DNA of 53,121 bases from Chromera velia. Taxonomy: Eukaryota. The first letter of the stretch is position 1. Each line of letters opens with the position of its first letter. The DNA lies in NCBI GenBank assembly GCA_018398765.1, contig JAHBMJ010000227.1, forward strand, positions 1 to 53,121, in the 5' to 3' direction. The notes beneath the pieces were generated by a model. It had not been told where the DNA came from and ran no database searches. It worked only from the letters and a program-made list of their open reading frames with translations. This document shows, in pieces, positions 24,801-36,309 of this stretch. The translations under genes and the position numbers were made by a program.

Positions 24801-27800
24801 ATGTGACAGAGGAAGAGGTCCTTTGGATGCGCAGACAACTGGAGGTCGGTGGAAAAATTTCAAACAGCCAGTTGTACTGACATCATCTCTCGGTGCTTTT
24901 GCACGCCAAAGATTTCTCTTGGGTCTTCAACAGAATGAATGCGCAGGATGAAGATGGAATTCCTCCCTTGATGCACTCGACTGGAAACATCGATCGCTGC
25001 ATGCAGGGAATGCGCGTTCTGGGAAATGTTTTCTCTCACTTCGGCTCTGGCAATGTGGGTCCTTCCTTCCACAGACACCGTCTAGCCTGACTAATACACG
25101 AAGTTTCTAAAGACACGCAGTTTTTTCTTTTATGCGTCGGATAGTGTCTGGTTATGTGAGTGTGTGTGCATGATTTCCCTGCAGCGATTGACACGGAGGA
25201 ACTCCAAGCTGCTCGCTCTCTTGGAAGAGCAGAAGAAGAGTCGAAGGGAGAGAGACAGAGACAAAGGGAGGGACAGAGAGAGACGGGAAAGGAGGTGGGG
25301 GGAAGAGCGAGAGGCCGAGACCGGGGCCGAGGACGAGGAAGAAGGGTCACCTGGAGGAAGGGTCAGTCAGCCACTCGGGCAGATGAGAAGTGGATGACCG
25401 TGACTTGTTGAATTCTTTTTTTCCTTCCAGTGTTCTTGTTCCTATGACTGATACTGCATTCACACCGCTGCATGGCAATCACTTTATTCATACACAAAGT
25501 CCATTTTGGTCGGTCGTCTTTTACGCAGTCAAAGGACACCAAGATCTATCTTTCTTCTCAGTGGAATGCATTGTTCAAGACCGAATTGCATTTTGCCTGC
25601 CTGCCTGCCTGCCTGCATGCATGCATGCAGAGAAGTGAGGGTGCCAGTTCCCCGGAGGTGCTCCCTCCCTTCAGCCTGCCTCCACGTCAAGGACCTCCCC
25701 ATGTGGTTGCACACGTGCAGAGGGGGGCAGAGGAAGGCGAGGAGGGCTGCGGAGAGACCGCAGTCATTCACGGACAGGGACACGCACCCACACACATCCA
25801 CCTCACACTCGCGTGCCCGCACTCACACACCAGCTCCCCAAAACAAAAACAAAACCTGACGGCACCCTTGGTGTCTGCTCACGCACAGGCAAGGGGCAGC
25901 CCTGAGAAAAAAAACAATGTCAGTCTTTGTACTGATTCATGTGAATGTCTCCTGCTCACAATATTTTTCTGCCTAAATATTGTATGGCATTTCCCAAATT
26001 TTGTGTCTTTTTGGCTTTTGTCTTTCTCTTCTCTCCACCTGCTGACCAACTTTTGCTGCACCTGCTTCAGTAGGGCTCTTTCCCCTTTTGATAGTGTCAT
26101 GCACGGACGTTCTCTTACCTTCCTTCCTGCCTGTGTGTGTGACTTCAGCCGGCCACCTCAAATGTACAGAGCGGCGACGAGTGGAACCAGAGAGGGAGAG
26201 TACGGGGAGTGCAGGAGGATAGGTCGACCTCCAGGATACAAGGACAAAGTCTAACATGTCAGTTGAAGGCAAGAAGAAACAGTGAACAGGAGCAACAAAG
26301 GGACACAGTGCCTCGTACGTTCTCTCCACATCTCCCAACATTTTTCTTTGTTCTCGCGAATCATGCATATTGGCAGAGTTGCTGCTGTGCGATTTTTCGG
26401 TTCAAGCCTATCTTTTTCACTTTGGTGTTTTCTTCTTTTATGGCTGACGCCAAACGTCTCGTATCCCTAGTGCCCTGGTGGGACAACAATATTTGCCTTT
26501 TCTCCACAATACATCCCCTTACATTTCCTGTTCGACACTTGTTTGCAGACACACGACAGACCTCAATCCCTTCATCCACAGGCCCCCCTCCCCCCGCAAA
26601 GGCAGTGCGAAAAGGCGGCCCCCCGCCCCCCAAGAATAAGCCCTCCCCTCCTGAAAGCTCACGTCCCCAGGACCCCCCCCCGTGGAGTTACGCCCCCGCC
26701 CCTCGTTCAGGTGTCTCCAGACAGAGAGAGCCTGTGCAGGAATCACCGACGGGAGCTGCCAGGGGTGACGAGGACAGAAGGGCACACGTCGCACAGCTGA
26801 TTGCAGCACAAAAAGACCTCCAACAACTGCAAGACCGTCTTGATGCTGAGGAAGAGGCAGCGAAGCGACGACGCGCCTCATGGCGTGAAATGGGGGAGGG
26901 GGAGCAGTGGGGGTACCTTCGTCAGGCCTCTGCAGGGTCTGTCTCTGCTCCCCTCCCTGGAGACGCCAGCGTGGTCAGCCTGACTGGGGACGAGGGCGAG
27001 AGGTCAGAGACGGCCTCCGCAGGGCTGAATGAGCAGGTCAAACTTCTGGTCTCTGACACTGTCCGCATTGTCAGTGAAGACACAGGTGGCGGCTCTGCAC
27101 CTCCTTCGCGAAGTTCCAGTGTGATCAGAGGGGGAAAGAGGGCATCTGTGTCTAAAAAGAAAGCATCCTCCAGTCCTGTGAAGAAGAAAAAATCAGTCTC
27201 CGCTGCCTCTGGACAAAAAACAAAAACCAAAACTTCTTCCTCTGCCCGCGAAAGAAGCAGTTCGATGTCCCCAGGCTCTGCGCGTGCGCCAAGAAAATCC
27301 CTCCAGATCCCCAGAGCCCCCTCTGCCTCCCTAGGTTCCCTCTATGGAGGTAGTAAGAGGAGCACCCCTGACTTTGGTCCTTCTTCAGGATCACCCCGGA
27401 AGGCCCAACCGAAAACAACAAAGAAGTTACAAAGATCTGCGTCCATGGCAAGTCACACCAGTCGAACTTCCGTCTCAAGTGGATCTCCTGTGAGATCATC
27501 CCCCAAACGAAGATCAACCTCAGCAGTCAAAAGTTCCACTCTTCTCAAACCGACCAAAGCACAAATCGAGAGAGAAGCTGCAAATGCTGAGTTAATCCGA
27601 AGTTTGCGCTCATTCGAATCCACGAAATCCATCACGGACACCAAATCAAAAAGAGACAGCAGTCCCTCAAAAGCCAAATCTCCAAAGGCAAAAGGAGCCA
27701 CCCAGCCCTTGCGCACCCGCTCTCTTTCCCGTCGTTCTCTCGCCTCCTCCGCTGCCCTGTCTTCCGCCTATTCTTCTGGAGGTTCTCAGTTCTTTACAGA

Positions 27801-28218
27801 TCAGGGCTCAATGTCCCGTTCCATGTCCGCCATCTCCCTCTCCTCAGCCTCCCCCTCTAGGTCCAGGTCCTCCAGTCCCAAACGCGCCTCTCCCAAGAGA
27901 CGCCAATCAACCGGTACCGCCACGGCTGCCAAGGGAAGCGCAAAGTCGAGGCCCGCACTCTCAGGCTCCACCTTCGCTCGGAGGTCGGATGCTGGGTCCT
28001 CTGCGGCTGGGGAGAGAAGTTCAACCCCCTCGCAGACAAAAAGACGGTCCAGTGTCAAGTCCCCCCCCGCCAGGCCCAGCAGCAAAGCGACCGGGTCCCC
28101 TGGGAGGAAGGCCTCCTCTTCGCAGCTGCTGAGGTCAGGCAGAGGGGTCCTTAAGGGGGGCGCTCTTTCGAAGGCTCCGCGGAGAGAGGGGTCGAGCGCT
28201 TCGGTGCGGTGGGCATGA
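21891..28218 (+). CDS. Multi-exon gene: N-terminal coiled-coil segments and a long S/K/R-rich basic disordered C-terminus; function unknown
   Basis: ATG 21891; exon 21891-22325 (CAG|GTGTG); exon 22684-22831 (IERFSGRLQTAKKEI); short exons ~23455-23491 (IPQRVKFSDDWL) and ~23779-23844 (LLEEARALQNAKQAKYEAALAK|GTGAGT); ~24538-24844, ~25185-25361, ~25630-25918, ~26150-26310; final exon ~26549-28218. Not all junction phases verified. Confidence 0.68.
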
Positions 28219-28789
28219 GACATAGAAGGAATAAAGAGGGAATGTTTGTGAGAAAGAAAAAAAATGGATAGAGGATGGAGGGAGGGATGTTTGACCCGTG
28301 CGCGAAGAGCATGAGGGGACTGATTCAAAGAGCCCATAAACTAATCGGGTGGATAGACTTCATTTCTGTGCCTCTCCTTCTCTTTAATCGTGCACATTTA
28401 GAACAATTCTTAGAGCGCCGCCAAGATTGAGGAGCGAACACTGCAAAACAGTACGAAACTCACGCCTGCCAGACACTTCCAGTGTGCAAAAAAGTACAAA
28501 TAGATTATATAGATAGTATCTATATAATCTATTGTATTAGATATACAGATGAATCATGATCAAACACCAAATTTCATAATAGGTTTATATACCACTAGCC
28601 TCCTAATAATAATGAATTAAATTATATGGCTCATAGTTGCTTATATTCAGTTATTAATAAAATTAAAATAAATAGACACTTACAGCTGAATAGAAGAGCT
28701 ATAAGCACTGTTAGTTTGAACGTCTAACTCTTTTTAGTTTACAAGAAATCGACCTCTATAAAGTTTGACTAAAATTAGTAATTTAGCTT

Positions 28790-28930
28790 TCTAAATTACT
28801 TTTGTTTACTATTTTAAATTACTTTAAATTACTCTAAATTACTTTAAATTACTCTAAATTACTTTCAATTACTAAGTTAAATTAATTATTTTAAATTACT
28901 TTTAAATTACTCATCTAAATTACTCAAACT
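28790..28930. repeat. Array of ~10-bp (T/C)TAAATTACT motifs, probable transposon subterminal repeats
   Basis: About ten AATTACT-core copies in 140 bp within an AT-rich island; analogous TAAATTC(C/T)T array at 6232-6330. Confidence 0.7.
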
Positions 28931-29203
28931 TGCAGGGCCGGGCCAAAACCAGGCGAAACCAGATTCCAAGCCGGGTTTTACGTTAAACCCGGTTTTGCCC
29001 TGATCGATGCATCTGATCGCACAAATCGTATAGTATGATGTGTACAGCCTCTCAACACACAATTAATAGACTCTGCAGTATGTACTTTTACTGTTTCTAA
29101 ATCACTGCATAAAAATTTTTTTGTTGTAAAATTTCAAAGTCCGAAACACTAATGAAGTCTGGTGGTCTAGCCGGTGATGTATGATTTTTTGTTGTGTGCC
29201 GTT

Positions 29204-29639
29204 GTGGTGCGTCCCACCCAGTGGCTCCGACATACCTTGGCCAGAGACCTCATTCATGCATGTACACGGTGTGTGGGCGAGGGCTACAGCTCATTTAACC
29301 CTAAACGGTAGAAGATTTGCTTCTGCCTGCATTCACTCTTATCGATCCGTACTGGTTGAAACCTCTTTTTCCTTCTACTTTGATCTGACAGTCCTTAGAC
29401 TTGAAAGCGGTAGAAGTATCTTCATTCACTATATAGCTATATATGTCCAAGGACTGTTAGATCAAGGTAGAAGGGAAAAGAGGTTTCAACCAGTGCAGAT
29501 CGATAAGAGTGAATGCAGGTAGAAGCAAATCTTTTGCCGTTTAGGGTTGAACGAGCCGTGGCCCCCGCCCGCACATGCGTGAGCGAGGTCTCTGGCCAAG
29601 GCATGCCGGAGCCATAACCCACTGGGTGGGACGCACCAC
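29204..29639. repeat. Long inverted repeat (foldback): ~195-bp arms 29204-29400 and 29445-29639, 44-bp loop
   Basis: Arms align end to end (GTGGTGCGTCCCACCCAGTGG...GTCCTTAGAC vs GTCCAAGGAC...CCACTGGGTGGGACGCACCAC) with two short indels and 20 substitutions. Confidence 0.95.
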
Positions 29640-30139
29640 GTACACCGGTATACAACATTTCTAATAGTTTTTTGTACGTTTCACAGCATTAAATGCTCCT
29701 CATTTTATTATTATTATTTTAAGCAATAACAGAGAATAAAAGATTATATCAAGAGTGAAAAAAACGAATTGAAAATGTTTGAATAAAATGATTGATTGGA
29801 TAAAAAGAAGCATCCTGGTTTGAATTAAGCATAAATTAAAGTGAACGTACTGCTGTTGTAAAGAACTGAACTGCCTCATATGTTGCCGCCAAACGCTAGA
29901 CGCCTATTTATAGACCGATGGCGATCATGGCGTACGATGATGATGATGATGATGATTGGATTTACCAAATTCCCATAAGGGAAAACGGATAAGATGGAAA
30001 ACGTACAACAGCAATACGTGCTCTAAAAACATTCACGAGTCCTCCAACTGTACAAACTTCACTTTTCACCCTGTGAAAATCGAATTCAGAGGATTCTTTG
30101 GCACTTCAAAGTTGACTCCTCAAACAGCATGGCAACTCA

Positions 30140-31765
30140 TTAGAACCAGCTCGGAAACCAACTGGCAGCACTGGCGGCGGCCGCGCCAGCCCGGGCGTCA
30201 TCGCCGTCTCTCCGAGAGTCATCGTGGTTGCGAGCCTTCTTCTCTGCTCTCTCTCCGCCGTCGTCTGCATCGTCGCCCCCTTCATCCCCCATTCTGTCAT
30301 CTTCCTTCTCGTCCTCCTCTTCGACGTCGTCTTCCCCATCCACTCCCTGCTCTCCCTCTTCCTCTCCGTGAACATCTGACCCGTCATCGACCGCCCCTTT
30401 CGGCAGAGGGCCGCACCGGGCACACTCGCACTCATACAGGTGCCTGTACTCCACTGTGAAGAGAGGGATGGCTTGTTTTCTCTCGTAGACGACGAATTCC
30501 GACTTGTTTACTGTCCCACCCAAGGCTTTGGGGACTCCCCACACAGAATCAAACCCTTCAGGAGCCAGCCCTCTCCTGCGCATCTCACCCTCTGCCGTCT
30601 GTCCTTTCTCGGCATGGACGTTCCCCAGGAGCACAACAAAGACAGTGACATGCATTAGATCTTTCACTCTCCCAGGCACCCTCTCGAGCAGGATATGTGC
30701 ACCAGGACCAGTGTATAAATGCGCTTTGCTAAAAAGATCGGAAAAATAACACCCCCTCCCGAACCTAGTACTGAATCCACGCCCTCCTGCGTACCTAGGG
30801 TCCAGACCACGCCGACGAAGCCATACAGACGTGTCCTCGTCTGCTCCGTGAAACGGGACCGCCTGTGCTCCAGTGGAAAGGACACCCAGCGCTCCAAGTG
30901 CACCTGACAGTTCCCACCTCTCCCCCCACTTCTCCGGACTAGGATTGTACTTTCCAAACAACGGTCTCAAGGAGTCCAGAGAAAGGTCTCCAGACGTGTT
31001 GACACTGTCGAGGACGTCCACATTACCTGTGGGAGCATTCCTCATCAGAAAGCTGCGTCTTTTCCCGCTGTATTCCACACGTAGTTCGCTTTCGGGAGTG
31101 GCTACTTTGACGGAAACGACCTCAAATTTAGGTGGAGGGGCAAGCTCAGAATTCTCCTCGAAACCCCTCCTGTGTCCTTCGCACATGTCGCTCAACAGCT
31201 GCTGGAGGCTTTTCTTGACATCTGCCTGGTTTGGGCCAGCCTCAAGCCTCACTGCATCGGTGCCTGCTCTGGCTTGCTCCGAGGAGAAGCCCTCTGGAAC
31301 AGCGTTGGCTATGTTCAGCATATAACACTGGTTAGCAAGGTGTTGAAGTTCTCGACGTGCGTGTTCTTCGCGAAGCTGTTGAAGCCGAAGCTCTGCCATC
31401 GCGTTCGCAAGCTCTTCCAATTTCTCCGCTCCCTCGTGCTCTTCCAATTTCTCCGCTCCCTCGTTGTGCGCCTTCCTCCATATTGGGATTTCTTGTGAGC
31501 TGCTGCTGCTCGCAGCACTGCCATTCGTACAGTCATCTTCTTTCTTCGCAAGCCAGAGACGATTTTGGAACTCGATGGGTTTTCCGAGGTTCAGAGAGGC
31601 ATCCAATGCCTTTCTTCCCAACGTCTGGCAAGCGTTGGTGTAGCTGGCAAATCGATGACCGTTCTGCGCCGCAGGGCCTTCTGTTACCGAAAGAAGAGAC
31701 AAGGGATAGAGCGTCACCGGTTTGCTTTCCCCTTTCCGCTTGCCAGAGGTCGCTTTTCCCGGCAT
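30140..31765 (-). CDS. PARP-family (ARTD) ADP-ribosyltransferase, intronless, with acidic C-terminal tail
   Basis: First ATG 31765 (MPGKATSG). Catalytic motifs FHG, FGRGCYFSDLFSKAHLY, VLLG, PEGFDSV, SEFVVYERKQAIP: H-Y-E triad equivalent to PARP1 H862/Y896/E988. Confidence 0.88.
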   Translation of the reverse strand: MPGKATSGKRKGESKPVTLYPLSLLSVTEGPAAQNGHRFASYTNACQTLGRKALDASLNLGKPIEFQNRLWLAKKEDDCTNGSAASSSSSQEIPIWRKAHNEGAEKLEEHEGAEKLEELANAMAELRLQQLREEHARRELQHLANQCYMLNIANAVPEGFSSEQARAGTDAVRLEAGPNQADVKKSLQQLLSDMCEGHRRGFEENSELAPPPKFEVVSVKVATPESELRVEYSGKRRSFLMRNAPTGNVDVLDSVNTSGDLSLDSLRPLFGKYNPSPEKWGERWELSGALGALGVLSTGAQAVPFHGADEDTSVWLRRRGLDPRYAGGRGFSTRFGRGCYFSDLFSKAHLYTGPGAHILLERVPGRVKDLMHVTVFVVLLGNVHAEKGQTAEGEMRRRGLAPEGFDSVWGVPKALGGTVNKSEFVVYERKQAIPLFTVEYRHLYECECARCGPLPKGAVDDGSDVHGEEEGEQGVDGEDDVEEEDEKEDDRMGDEGGDDADDGGERAEKKARNHDDSRRDGDDARAGAAAASAASWFPSWF

Positions 31766-32446
31766 TGTTCCGACTTCAGCAAAGGAGATCAATAGTCTAC
31801 TGTCCGTCTATATATGCAGGTCGCAGCGAGAGGATCGATATCGACATCAAGTTGATCGCAACATCGATATCCTTATGCAGTACATATGGTTGGTCTGACT
31901 ACCATGGCGTGGGCTTGGGGCATAAGGCAACTCTTTTTGTAAGACAGAGAGACTGTGCAGTGTTTGCAATAGGAGCTTTGGGCGAGCTTCCGAATTCATC
32001 TCCCTCCGGCCAATTAATGTTTCGATCGACGAGGTTCATTGACCCGGGCAATGACCCCTGTAGTTCTAACGTGCCACCTGAGTGTTGCAGTGTGTTGCCG
32101 CACTGTTGCGTGCTTGCAACACCTGCAGGCTGAAAAATTCCGTCTTTTGGGACCGCGACTTTTCTCTTGCGATGCTCCAAATCGAGCACGGTGCTATTCC
32201 TGTTTTGTGGGCCATTCATGCAATTAATACAGATTTTTTTTTTTTGGACACATTTTTTATTTGAATCTCGGCAATCATGCAAGCGTGCTCCAAATCGAGC
32301 ACGGTCCATGCAATCATGTCCGATCGTGCTCCAAAGCGAGCTGCGACGGTCAGAAGTATATACACCTTTTGAAGGGTCAGATTTCAGTAAATACAACGAC
32401 CCACCCGTCTTCATGCAGTCTGACAACAGTTTTGGGACCGCATCGA

Positions 32447-32484
<38 letters not shown>

Positions 32485-35400
32485 TGTGATTCTTTCTGCC
32501 TGACTGAAAAAAATCACGCATGCACTCACGCACATGCAGTCCTCTTGTAGGATCATGAAATGCAATTTCTCTGACGCTCCCTGTTTGGAGGGGTTCAATT
32601 GAGTCCGAAAGGTAGGAGACAAACACGCACACGCGTGCTCGTTCACGTGTTCACCGTCATATATTAATATATGTAGTCCCTGTGGACCTTCCTGTATTGC
32701 GCCGGTATGCACTTTGCGCGCCCGAACAGAAAAGTTTTGATGCACGTCTCTGCTTTTGGGCAGAAGTATCCATACATGTACAAGTTCATGCATGCAGGCA
32801 GAGGAACATCCAAGCGCATGAACGAGTCTCAGTTTGGTGAAACGTGTGGATTTATACGCATGACACTGCGTATGCCGGAGGCGTCAGATATGCGAGGAGC
32901 TGGCTTGCTGACTGGCTGGCTGGCCGCATGACTGACTGACTGACTGACGGCAACAGTGCGTGAGCAAATGAGTGGGCGAGAGGGTAAGAGATACATACTT
33001 TGTGCATATGGAGAATTGAGAAGGCGTGATGGAGTGTCACATTGAGTAGTCAATTGAACGACTGGTTAATTCGTTTATTGATCGACTGGGGCAATTAATT
33101 GGAAGAGTGACTCGGAGTGAGCTAGTGAGTGAGGGGGTGCAGGATAGTGAGTGCATCAATATATGGTTCGCGAAGACGCTTTGTATGCCACTGAGTGTCA
33201 GAGTGAATAAGAGAGTGAGTCAGGCAATGACAGCAGAACTGAGGGCGTGTCGCTGAGAGAAGGACAGAGTGTGCATGTGAGTGATTGAGCGAGTTGGATG
33301 AGAGAACACTCAAAGAGTCAGCGGGACAGTCAGCAGAATTGATTGAGTTCGTGTCAAAGAACGCGAGAGAGAAAGTGTGAGGTCCATGGGGATTGTTCGC
33401 CGGCAAAAGAGAGAATTTGAGTCTATGGGCAAAAACTCACAATCCTGGTAAAAACATCGAAAAGGATCACAGAAAGAAAGAACTACGAAAACAGGCCGGA
33501 GACTGTTGAATTAGGTGAATACAAAAGACCCAGAGGGCAAACGTCCTCTGCAAAGAATTTTGCTGTCAGAAAAAATGTTGTGGAACGGTACAAGAAGATA
33601 ATTTTTTGTTTCCCCGCTCTTTCCTTTCCTTGGAGTCCACCTGTTTCCTCATTCTTTCTTTTCTCTATACAATCCACGTTTCTCATACTTTCTGCTTGCT
33701 TGGATGTTTCTGAATGAACCTTTCTGTTTCCTTTTATCTTTCCCCTCTTGTTTTTTTCTCAGTTCTTCCGTTTTTCTGTTCTTCCTCGCTTCCTTCCTTC
33801 CTTCTTCATTTCTTTCTCTCTTCCATCGATTTTTCGGTCACGGTACTTTCTTCCATCATTAGACTTCTTTAATTTAGTCCTCTTTTTCTTCTCCTGTTCT
33901 TCGATCCGTCGTTTCTGGAGTTTCTGTTCCAGGACCTTCCCGTCTTCTTTCTTTCTCTCTTCCTTTTTTTTTTTTTTGTCGTCCTTTCTTCCTTTCTGTC
34001 TTTCTTTCTTTCTTTCTTTCCTTCCTTCCTTCCTTCCCTCCCCCCTTCCTTCTTTCCTTGCTCCCTTGCTTCCTGTCTCCCTTTCTTCCTCCCTCCCTTC
34101 TTTCCTTCTTTCCTTTCTTCATTCATTCATTCATTCATTCATTCACTCACTCACTCACTCATTCACTCACTCACTCATTCATTCATTCATTCACCTGTGT
34201 CTGTCTTCCTCTCTGCCACACTTCTCTGCTTTCTTGTTTCCTTCTATAGGCATTCTTGAATTTTCTTCCTGCCTTGCTTCCTCGCTTTCTTCCTTCCTTC
34301 CTCCCTTTTTCTTTTCGGCCCCTTCACCATTTCTGATTTTCGTTTGCAGGTCCGCTTTCATGCCCTTATTGTTTGTTCCCTTCTTCAAAAGTTGCTGGGT
34401 TTGAAACTCTGTCCACTTGCTTCCTTCACCGAACTTTCTGGTTAATACGGTGGTTAACACTGGTTTTAGGATTAATGTTCGGGGTTTTTCCCATGGCTAA
34501 TATAGTATTTATTATACTTTATAAAAGAAACTTATAAGAGACACTATTATTAACAGTGCAACAAAACTTACTCTTAAAAAATGAGAATCTTTGATTAAAA
34601 CTTAAAAGAAAAATAATTTTAAAAGTAAGAAAGTGTGAACGAACTATGCATGTCAGTCTATGATATTAGACTGCCATTCATACATTATTCACGTGCACGC
34701 CGGACGATGGCTGCCGGTTCTAATGCCAGTTATAAGTCACCCTAGAAGTCACTTATAATGATGATGATGACGATGATGATGATGATGATAGAAGACTTAA
34801 CCTCTAGCCTCTGTTAGGCTCGGGTGGTCCGTTCATCCATGCATTCATGCATAGGGTGTTTGATCGATGATAACTTGACTCATAAAATCATTGAAAATCC
34901 TAGGTAAGAAGCTAGGTAAGAAGTTGCCAAGAGCTCTATGAAATCGTACTAATAGTTAGTACTACTAGTTGGTCTGTCACTATGTTAAGCTCATAATGTT
35001 AAGCTGGACCACTGACAATCACAGCGATGACGACCATATCGGCTTGGATGGCTTGATCATGACTCCGAGTCACATAACCTTAACTCTGCTAGCTCTGGCG
35101 ACAGATAAACATAGCGGGAAGGCCCTAGGGCGGAACATATCAATCAATCAATCAATCTGATTTGAACCATAATAAAAAAAAATCAATCAAAACGGTTTTA
35201 TAGACCTGTAAAAAGACTAGCTAGATCGAAAGAGACTTAGACAGTATTAGACATCTCGAAACTATATCAATGAAATCAACCTCTCAGTAGAATAAACGGT
35301 GACAGTCTAGATCCTGGTTTGCCTGACTCGGACATTCTATGAAAAGCTAGATCATTGAAACTAACATTGAAAAGCGTCGTCTAGAGCGTCGTTTAAAGCG

Positions 35401-36309
35401 ACCCCCCAGGTTACGGACTCATAATACGGAGAGAGTGTCTGTCTAGGTGTCTGTGCTTGCACTAGAGTCTTGCAGTACGTGTTTTCAAGTCACAAATAAG
35501 GTCACACCATCACACTCACAACGTACGCATTCGCTCACTACCTCGTCTGCCCACTTATTTATTATGCTGTCAGGCACCCACTCTTCATTTACTTCTTCGC
35601 TTCCTTACTTGTTCACTCGCAAGCGCGCTAGTCATCTGCTCGACTGACTGAATGGCTAGCTGACTAACTCTCTGACTGATTGATTGCCTGACCGACTTCC
35701 TGACTGACTGACTGACTACTTGACTGCCTGCCTACCTGCTTGCCTGCCTCAGTGACTGACTGACTTCGTAACTGAGTAGCTGACTGACTCATTAACTGAG
35801 TAGCTGACTGACTGAATGACGGATTGATCAACTGAGTAGCTGACTGAGTGAGACAGTGAGTTGAGTGAACATTCAATCAATCCATCCACTCTGTCAGCCA
35901 GTCATGATGTATGCACTCACCCACTCAGGTATTCGTCAATTTTTATTCACCTCGTCCCTCACCCACACACATACCCACGCATCATTCCTTGAGTACCTCT
36001 TGCTCAATAGTCATGCATGTGTGTATTTCCCCCCTCCCTGACGCTTCAGTGACTTGCTCAGCCACTCAGTCCCTTGAGCCGCTCTCCATTGATCCAAAAA
36101 CCATTATCTATCTGTGTATAAACGTATGTGTTGAAAGAGAGAGGGCGACATTGGTTACACTGATTCACCATTTTACCACACATACCTCCTGTCCTGCGAT
36201 GTCCTTTCCTGTTAAGGGAGACCTGCAGACAGACTGATGGAGCGTCAGTGCTTGCGTCTTGACATTCAAGTAGAATAAGCATCACACAGTCAGGTGGCTG
36301 CTGTCCTCC

